In this document: positions 56,430 to 64,000 of the stretch, piece after piece | Layout: the number at the start of each line of letters is the position of its first letter | Position numbering within the stretch: the stretch's first letter is position 1 | NCBI GenBank assembly: GCA_025594325.1 | Contig: JANHCV010000005.1 | Span: 1 to 64,000, forward strand | From: Blastocladiella emersonii ATCC 22665 | Lineage: Eukaryota; Fungi; Blastocladiomycota | Direction of reading: 5' to 3' | Length of the DNA stretch: 64,000 nucleotides | Made by a program: the position numbers and the translations under genes | Notes under the pieces: generated by a model | What the model was told of the DNA's origin: nothing | Seen by the model: the letters and a program-made list of their open reading frames with translations, nothing else | Database searches by the model: none

Positions 56430-56635
56430 TCTCAGTTGCATGTGGTGCTGTGACGCAGGCGGGGGAGGAGGGGAGAAGCGGAGGGGAGTCCCTTGAGCCG
56501 AGCCAGGAGCGAGCGACTCACTTGAAGCGTTAGGCCGAACGCGAACGCGACGGCCAAAGCGGGCGCGCACCCCGCCCCGACCCGCTCTTCCCCATCGACA
56601 CCGCATGAATCGAACCTGAGCGACCGCCAGCAACC

Positions 56636-58951
56636 ATGTCGCGCTTCCGCCGCACGCCTCGCCCGCGCGGCACCGTCGTCGAGCTCGAGACGCTGGCCAC
56701 CGCCCCTGGGCTCACCTTTGCCGCGCGTGCCCAGGTCCCGGCCCCGCTCGACCCGCTCCCCGACGACGACCCGCTCGAGCCCCTGGAGCCGCTCGAGCCG
56801 CTCGAGCCGCTTGAATCGCTGCTCGCGTTCCCGCTGCGTCCCGGGCGCGACACGCTCGACGCGCTCGACGCGCTCGACGACGCGGCGCCCCTGCCCTCCT
56901 TGCCCCCGCCGCGCCACGCGTCGCCGCCGCCGCCTCCCGCCCCGGACAGGGCACCGGCACCGTCGTCCCCGCGCTCGCCCGTTTCGCCCAAGCGCCTTGC
57001 CACCACGGCCGCGACCACGATCACGACCGCGGCACCCGCCACCTCGAGCACCGACTCGGCCCTCGTCGCCCCCGACGCCACCCCGCCCCCGCCCACGCTG
57101 CCGCCCGCGACCCTCTCGCCCATCCTGACCCCGGGCTCGCAGTTCCTCCTCGAGACACCACCGCTCGCCCGCGTGTCTTCTCCCACTGCTGCTGCTGCCC
57201 CGGTCGCCGCTGAACCCACCTCGCCGATCCCGCAACCGCTTGCGACCGCGACCGCGACCGCGACAGCGGCCGATGCCGACGCCGAACCCGAGTCGGAGCC
57301 TGCTGCGCCGCCGTCCCTGCCCGCCCCCGCCCAGGGCGAGCCGGTCTCGGCTGCATCTCCGCCGTCCTCCTCGCTCATCGTGGCCCCGCCCGCCTCGCTC
57401 GCCATCGACCCGCCCTCCACCCCGCCGCCGCGCCCGCGCGTCCGCCCGCCCCCGCGCAAGGAGACTCCCATTGTGGTCCCCGAACCTCGCCACCCGGGCG
57501 ACGACCCCTACGGCTTTGCCGCCCTCGAGCGCCGCGTCCAGCGCAGCCGCCCCTCGGCGACCGCGACTCAGGCCTCTGCAACTCCCGCCCCATCTGCGGC
57601 CACGCCCGCAGGAGCCGCGACGCCGCCCTCGGTCCCCTCCACATCCGCCGCTGCCGCTGCCGCTGCCGCCGTGCCCGTTGCTCCGCCGTCGCTCCCGAAC
57701 CCGGTCTCGCCGCCATCGCTCATCGCCGGCCTCCCCGCCGCTCCCGACACCACCACCCTCGACGACGTTGGCCTGAGCGGCCTCCCGCCTTCGCCCAAGC
57801 CCGCCCGCTCCGCCACCAGCGACGACGACGACGTCGACCTGTCCATCTTCTCCTACAAGCCCACCGGCCGCGCCGTCGACGCCCAGGCCCGCATCCGCAC
57901 CCAGCTCACCAACTTTGGCCTCGCCGCGCCCGCCGCTGCCACCAAGACCTCCGCCGCCCGCAAGTACACGTCCAACCGCCGCCGCGGCGGTACTGCTGGC
58001 ACTGCTGCCGCCGGCAAGGCGGCTGCTTCGGCCGCCCCCGCGCCCGTCGCCCCGACCCGCTTCCTCGGCGAGATCATCGGCAACGTGAGCCCGCTGCCCG
58101 CGCCCATGTCGCCCAACGGCCTCCTGACTTCGCCGCGCGTCTACTCGCCCGCCGCGCGCCGGAGCGCGCGCACGCTCGTCACAGCCGAGTCGCCCGCGCC
58201 CGCCGCGTCCTCGACCAAGAAGGCGGCGCCCAAGGGCCGCAAGAAGCCGGCAGCGGCGGCGACCCCGCCCAAGTCGCCCGTCAAGGGCACGCGCCAGTCG
58301 ACGCGCCGCTCGACCCGCGCTTCCGCTGCTTCGATCGCCGCGCAGGTCGCGACCGACTCGGACTCGGACTCGCGCTTGCACTCGGACGCGTCGCAGCGCG
58401 ACGAGCCGGCCGCCGCCGCTCCTGCACCATCAAAAAGCAAACGCACCGTGCCCGTAGTCCGCGTTCCCGTCGCCGGCAAGGCCAAGGCCAAGACTGCCAA
58501 GAGCGCGGCCATCGTCGACGACTCGGACGCGTCCTCGGCCGAGGAGCGCGAGGCGCCGCCCGCCGCCGCCACGTCTCGGAAACGCGCCGCCGCCGACGTG
58601 TTCGACATCCCGGTCGCCGACTCGGGCTCGGGGTCCGAGTCGGACCTGGCCCCATCGCCCGTCAAGCGACCGCGCATGACCGCCGGGTCGGCGCGGCCGC
58701 TCGCACAGCCCGCCAAGTCGGTCCCGACGCCCGCTAAGAAGGCACCAACGCCCGCTAAGAAGGCACCGACGCCCGCAAAGAAGCCGGCGGCCCCGGCCAA
58801 GAAGGCGCCGGCGCCCGCAAAGCGACCGCGCGAGCCGCCCGCCGACCCGTTCGCGCTGCCCTCGGACGACGACGCGCCTAGCGCGCCAACGAGCAAGCGC
58901 GGGCGGCGCGCAGCACCCGCACCCGCACGGACGGCCAAGAGCCGTCGCTGA
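56636..58951 (+). CDS. Low-complexity Pro/Ala/Ser-rich hypothetical protein, 771 aa
   Basis: Long ORF with host codon usage, fitting between neighbouring genes; C-terminal (T/A)PAKK repeats. Confidence 0.75.
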   Translation: MSRFRRTPRPRGTVVELETLATAPGLTFAARAQVPAPLDPLPDDDPLEPLEPLEPLEPLESLLAFPLRPGRDTLDALDALDDAAPLPSLPPPRHASPPPPPAPDRAPAPSSPRSPVSPKRLATTAATTITTAAPATSSTDSALVAPDATPPPPTLPPATLSPILTPGSQFLLETPPLARVSSPTAAAAPVAAEPTSPIPQPLATATATATAADADAEPESEPAAPPSLPAPAQGEPVSAASPPSSSLIVAPPASLAIDPPSTPPPRPRVRPPPRKETPIVVPEPRHPGDDPYGFAALERRVQRSRPSATATQASATPAPSAATPAGAATPPSVPSTSAAAAAAAAVPVAPPSLPNPVSPPSLIAGLPAAPDTTTLDDVGLSGLPPSPKPARSATSDDDDVDLSIFSYKPTGRAVDAQARIRTQLTNFGLAAPAAATKTSAARKYTSNRRRGGTAGTAAAGKAAASAAPAPVAPTRFLGEIIGNVSPLPAPMSPNGLLTSPRVYSPAARRSARTLVTAESPAPAASSTKKAAPKGRKKPAAAATPPKSPVKGTRQSTRRSTRASAASIAAQVATDSDSDSRLHSDASQRDEPAAAAPAPSKSKRTVPVVRVPVAGKAKAKTAKSAAIVDDSDASSAEEREAPPAAATSRKRAAADVFDIPVADSGSGSESDLAPSPVKRPRMTAGSARPLAQPAKSVPTPAKKAPTPAKKAPTPAKKPAAPAKKAPAPAKRPREPPADPFALPSDDDAPSAPTSKRGRRAAPAPARTAKSRR

Positions 58952-59026
58952 GCCCTGCTTGGGACGAGTTACACTATAAGTTCTCTTTTTTTGGTGATCA
59001 GAAGATGGATATCGATGGAGGAGCGC

Positions 59027-60874
59027 TCACGCCGTCGAGTCGTCCGGGTACGGCCCCTTGACTCCGTAAAAGTAACGGTACTTTTGGCGGAACCGGCGCG
59101 CCGAGCCCTGGCGGCCGCCGTCGCCGCGCAGGGCGCCGACCTCGTTGTTGTCGTTCTCGTCCGACGACGGCGGGTTGGCCCCGGACATGGTCGCGCGCCA
59201 GTGCACGGTGCTGAGCGACGGCATGCGGTAGTCGACGTCGGTCGAGTACTCGACGACAAACTCGGGGCGGAACCCGTCCTTTGGGTGCTTTTTGCGGTGC
59301 TTCTTCTTCTTCTTGGCCGCGTCGAGCGAGCTGCCGCCGCCGCCGTCCTCGTTGTCCTCGTTGGTGGCGGCGAGCAGGTCGAGGTAGTACTGTGTCCAGC
59401 GCGACCAGCCTGCGCGCTCGAGGTCAAACTCCATGATGCGGACGCCCGGGTTGTTGACGGGGATGACGCTGGGCGCCGTGAACACGGGGACGAGCAGCTG
59501 CACCTCGTCGAGCGGCGCCGGGTCGACCATGTTCTCTGCGCGGCGCGCGTAGTCGCCCGCGTCCAGGACCACGAGCTCGCCGGCGGGCGTCGTGGCGTTG
59601 CCCGGGACACGCGCGATGTACATGGTCGAGTCCTCGTTGACGTGGCCGGCGTGCATGGACGCGATGCGCGGGGCGTGGCGCGCGGCGAGCTCGAGGAACC
59701 GCGCGGTGCACGCGGGGCGGTAGTTGCTGGGCAAAGCGCGCGGGAGCGCCGGGCCCGGGTCGTTGCCGCCGTCGCTAGTGCCGCCCGTGCTGGAGGCGGG
59801 CGGGACGTGGCCGAGCAGGATCGCGCGGGCCTGCGCGCCGTGCGCGGCGCCGATCTCGGTCAGCGTCGCGTCAAGCCAGTCAATGAGTTCGGCGCCGGGC
59901 GACCCGGGCACATCGCAGTCGCCGCGCGACCACGCGTTGTCCTTGGACCAGTACATGGTGTTGAGCGAGACGACGTGCAGGAGCGGGGTCACGGCGACGT
60001 GGTAGGTGCCGTTGCGGGCGAGGGCGGCGGCGGCGGGGCTCGCGGGCGGGACGACGGGGGCCAGGGCGCGCGCGAGGTTGCCGAGCAGCGTCGTGTTGTG
60101 CGGCGGGTCGAGCAGGTTGTGCGGGTGGATGTCGAGGTTGCCGACGGTCGGGAACACGCGCATCGCGCCGTCCTTGCTGTCGACGCGCGACGACGGCTCG
60201 CGCATGGCGTGCGCCAACATCCGCGCGGACCGCTCGTTCGAGTCGTACACCTCGAACTCGGTGCGCGGCAGCAGCGGGTCGCGGTCGTGGCGGCCCGAGT
60301 CGCCCGTCCACAGGACCAGGTCAATGTCGAGGTCGCGCCGGCCCAGGAACGACGTGGCGAGGTCGACGAGCCGCAGCGGCGTGTCGCACGCCGACCCGAG
60401 GCGGCCGTACCGCGCGCGGTCCGGGTCGACGTGGCCGGGGCCGGGCTTCCACCGGTCGACCGAGAGATGGTTTTTGGGAAGCTGCTGCTGCTGCTGGCTC
60501 GTGAACGCCGCGGCCGACGCACGCGGGTCGACGGCCGACGGGCGCGCGTGGCAGTACGTGTCGGCAGTCGCCGAGTCGGCGTAGTGGGCGTCGAGGTGCA
60601 GGTCCGTGATGTGCGCGATGCGCAGGATCGACGGCGACGGCTTGGTGCCCGGGTCGTGCGGCGGGCGGATCTTCTTCTTCTTCTTCTTCTTGTGCTTGGC
60701 CGCATCCACGCCGTCGTCGTCGCCGTGGTCGGGGCGGGCGCCCAGCACCGCCGCGTTGACGGCCGACAGCATGGCGAGCGCGGCGAGCAGGGCCAGGATG
60801 AGCGCCGCGCGGCGCCGCAATGGGCGGGCGCGGCCCGGCGGCCCGCAGTGATCGGGCCTGACAAGGTGCTTCAT
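59027..60874 (-). CDS. Endopolyphosphatase PPN1-like calcineurin-type metallophosphoesterase with N-terminal TM/signal segment
   Basis: HITDLHLD, WTGDSGRHD, PTVGNLD, LLGHVPP, AGHVNED, PSVIPVNNPGVR, WTQYYLDL. Confidence 0.82.
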   Translation of the reverse strand: MKHLVRPDHCGPPGRARPLRRRAALILALLAALAMLSAVNAAVLGARPDHGDDDGVDAAKHKKKKKKKIRPPHDPGTKPSPSILRIAHITDLHLDAHYADSATADTYCHARPSAVDPRASAAAFTSQQQQQLPKNHLSVDRWKPGPGHVDPDRARYGRLGSACDTPLRLVDLATSFLGRRDLDIDLVLWTGDSGRHDRDPLLPRTEFEVYDSNERSARMLAHAMREPSSRVDSKDGAMRVFPTVGNLDIHPHNLLDPPHNTTLLGNLARALAPVVPPASPAAAALARNGTYHVAVTPLLHVVSLNTMYWSKDNAWSRGDCDVPGSPGAELIDWLDATLTEIGAAHGAQARAILLGHVPPASSTGGTSDGGNDPGPALPRALPSNYRPACTARFLELAARHAPRIASMHAGHVNEDSTMYIARVPGNATTPAGELVVLDAGDYARRAENMVDPAPLDEVQLLVPVFTAPSVIPVNNPGVRIMEFDLERAGWSRWTQYYLDLLAATNEDNEDGGGGSSLDAAKKKKKHRKKHPKDGFRPEFVVEYSTDVDYRMPSLSTVHWRATMSGANPPSSDENDNNEVGALRGDGGRQGSARRFRQKYRYFYGVKGPYPDDSTA

Positions 60875-61061
60875 GGCAGTGATGGCGATCCGATGCGGGG
60901 AGCGAGCGTTGGCCGCGGCGCTTCACGGAAGCCGCATCCGGCAAACGGCGCGCTGAGCGGCTCAGCATTACGCTGCTGCGCCGGGCAACGCGTCACGTGC
61001 AGATAAGCTCGCTCGTTTGGATCGCGCAATTAATCAACCCAAAGTCGCGTGTTGTATTACC

Positions 61062-64000
61062 CTACGGGGACCCTCCACCAACCCCATAGTACCGCAGGAC
61101 CACGGCCTCGTCGTCGTCGCCCGCCTCGCGGACGAGCCGCGCGAACGCGCCCTCGGCGGCCCCGTTCTGGCGGAGCAGCAGGTCGCGCGGGTGGCCCATC
61201 TCAATGATCCGGCCCGCGTCCATGACGAGCACCAGGTCGCACTCGATCTCGACTAGCGTCGTGATGCGGTGCGCGATCATGATCACCGTCATCTCGTCGC
61301 CCCCGTCCCCGTTCCGCGACTTGTCGAGACCAAAGTAGGAGCGGAACACGGCCCAGAACTGCTTGTCCGACGCATGGTCGATGGCCGAGGTCGGCTCGTC
61401 ACTTGCCGATTGAAAGCGTTAGTCAGTCTCCATCGTGCACCTCTGCGGACGATGCTACGTACCACAGGAACACGCGCGCGCCCTTGCGCTTGGTCCCGAG
61501 CATGGACCGCAGCAGACCGACGAGCTGCGCCTGGCCCTTGGACAGGCTGCTGGTCCCGCCGACCTCGTGGTCGAGCGTGAACGGCAGCTGCCGCGGGAAC
61601 GCGTCGAGCAGCGCCTGCATCTCGCCGTCCAAGCACGTCCCTGTCGGATCGAGGTTGGCGCGCAGCGATCCGCGGAACAGGTGGTTCTCCTGGTTGACGC
61701 ACCCAAACTGCGACCGCAGATGGTGTACCTCGGCCGCGTCCAGGTCGAACCCACCGAGCTGCATCCTCGCGGCGCGGTAGTGCGGCACCATGCGCAGCAG
61801 CGCCGCGCTCATGCTCGTCTTGCCCGACCCCGTCCGCCCGAGCACCGTGACGCGGCTGCCGCGCGGGACGTGGAACGTGAGCCCGTGCAGCACGTCCTGC
61901 CACTCACCGTCGGCGCCGGCGTCGCCCTCGCGCCGCGCGTACGCCGCGTGCAGGTCAACCACGTCCAGCGGACCCGCCGCCGGCCACCCGGCGACCGCCG
62001 TCTCGCCCTCTGCGCGCTCCGTCGGCAGCGCGAGCATCTCGCCGACGCGTTCAACGCTTGACATGTCCACTTCGACAAGCGAGTAGACCGTGACCGTGGA
62101 CCGCACCGACTCGGCGAGTACGAGCGCGTAGTGCAGCGCGAACCCGGCCCACGCGGGCTCGGCGCCGGGCGACACGAGGAACCCGATCCCGATCGCGAAA
62201 CACAGCATCGCCGCGACGAAATCGCCGAGCACCATGAGCCAGCGGTTCGACGCGGCGATGCTAACGTACGGGCGCATCGCGTCGGCGACGGCGCGCGCGA
62301 GCACCGCCGACGTGAAGTGCGGGACCTGCGCGAACGCGCGGATGCACCCCGCGCCCGCCTGGAACTCGGTCATGTGCTGCAGCACCGGCGAGTAGAACGT
62401 GTTGGTCATGCGCCGCACGTCGCGCGACACGCGGAGGTACCCGCGCCCGAGCCACGCGTACAGCGCGACGAGGGGGAGTGCGAGCAGCAGGAACGTCGGG
62501 GAGGCGAGCGCCACGGCGGCCAGCGACGTTGCGTTCGACAGCACCGACGACACGAAATCGTTCACGTCCGGGACCAGCAGCGTGTCGACGTTGCTTAGGT
62601 CCTTGCTGAGCCGGTTGATGACGCGCCCGATCGAGTTGTCGTCGAACCAGTCAGTCGGGAACGCGAGCAGCTGCGCGAGGAGCGCGCGGTGGAGCGACTT
62701 GGACGCGCGGTGCGACCCGACGAACAGCAGCGTCAGCGTCGCGCCGAGCGTGACGGCTGACGCGAGCTTGAGCAGCGCGAACAGCGTCAGCGAGCCCCAC
62801 GACGAGGACAGCCGCTCTCTCGGGTCTGCGGCCGCCGACGCAGACCACTCCTTGAGCGTCAGGTCGGCGCGGAGGTTGAGCGCCTGCACGGCCACGTTGA
62901 GCGTCACCGAGGCCACGGCGAGCCGCATCCCGAACGCGCCGAGGTACCGCAGGTAGTGCGTGCGCTGCACCGCGCCCTCGGACCGCTGCTCCTCGGCGGG
63001 ACGACGCTGCGGAGCCGCGGGCGCGAGGAGTGGGGTCTCGGCCGTGGTCTTGATGGCCGTCGTCGCATCCTCGACGATGACACTGCCCGACTCCTTGCCG
63101 CCGTCCTCGTTTTCCTCGCCGTCGTCGCCGCTATCGACGCTACGTGCGCGGACGAGCGTCGGCGAGCTCGCGCCGCTACGCGCCTGCTGCTGGGGGTGGT
63201 GCTGGAGCAGGCCGGCCTGGAGCACCACCGACTCGGGCGGACCACAAGCAGCGATGCGTCCGCCGGGCGCGAGGGCGAGCACGTAGTCGGCGTCCTTGAC
63301 GGCGAGCGCCACGGCGTGCGAGACGAGAATGACGGTCTTGCCGTCGCGTTTCGCCGCGGCCACGAGCGCGTTCTGGTACAGGTAGTTGGAAGTCACGTTG
63401 TCGACCGCGGATAAAACCGAGTCAGCCAGAATGACGGGCGCGTCTGAGTAAAGCGCTCGAGCGAGGGCGACGCGCTGGCGCGTCCCGCCCGACAGCTTGA
63501 GTCCAGCCGACCCGATGACCGTGAGGTCGCGCATCGGCAGCCGCGCAATGTCCGGGGCGAGCGCGCACCGGTCGATCACGTCGGCGAACCGCGCGGGGTC
63601 CCACGGCCGGCCGAACACAATGTTCTCGCGCAGTGTGCCGTGGACGACAAACACGGTCTGCGAGACGAAGGCGGCGGCGTCACGCGGGAAGTGGACGACG
63701 CCGCGGGCGACGGGGAGCTCGCCGAGGAGCGCGAGCAGCGTGCTGGTCTTGCCCGTGCCGAGCTCGCCGACGATCACCGACAGCTTGCCGCGCGGGAACC
63801 GGATGCCGTCGAGGTCGAGGGCGAACCCCGAGGCGGGCCGCTCGATGCGGCACGCGTCGAACCCGATCTCGCCCGAGTCCGGGTTGCGGTTGGGCGAGGC
63901 GCCGCGATGGACCGTGTTGGCGTGGGTGTAGCACTCGGCGAGGAAGGCGCTGATGCGGTCCCACGAGATGCGGCCGACGACAAAGACGCGCGAGTACATT
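61062..64000 (-). CDS. ABCC/MRP-type ABC transporter (NBD1-TMD2-NBD2; 5' part outside window), intron 61402-61462
   Basis: GELGTGKT, LSGGTRQRVALARA, TMD2 GRVINRLSKDLSNVD, GRTGSGKT, LRANLDP, spliced VFLCDEPTSAID, IAHRITT. Confidence 0.92.

Noticed and set aside
50750-63999. Long shadow ORFs antisense or out of frame to real genes (e.g. 50750-52711 +, 52483-54603 -, 54498-56453 +, 58991-61006 +)
   Set aside because: Expected from strong GC3 bias; products are low-complexity Arg/Gly/Ala text

Overview
Eukaryotic, fungal-type genomic DNA with three zones. (1) Positions 1-29090 hold the edge of a tandem rDNA array on the minus strand: one complete 17,364-bp unit and a second, apparently identical unit truncated at 29090. 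A unit has 18S-ITS1-5.8S-ITS2-28S, a co-oriented 5S gene in the spacer (absent from the truncated unit) and about 4 diverged 634-bp spacer subrepeats. In both units a 3,249-bp two-gene PIF/Harbinger DNA transposon (15-bp TIRs, TTA target duplication, Myb/SANT gene plus DDE transposase) sits at the same site about 155 bp downstream of the 28S 3' end. This rDNA-resident Harbinger is the most unusual feature. (2) About 29.1-44.2 kb is gene-poor, with a decayed non-LTR RT/RNase H retroelement, degenerate coding fragments and minisatellites. (3) 44.2-64 kb is a compact GC-rich gene cluster: kinesin-7, DRC3/LRRC48, an uncharacterised SAM methyltransferase, STI1, cofactor-independent phosphoglycerate mutase, an F-box-like protein, a low-complexity protein, a PPN1-like phosphoesterase and an ABCC transporter. 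DRC3 implies a flagellated organism; a zoosporic fungus (Blastocladiomycota such as Allomyces) is my best guess and is inference. All coordinates were read by eye and no database searches were run.
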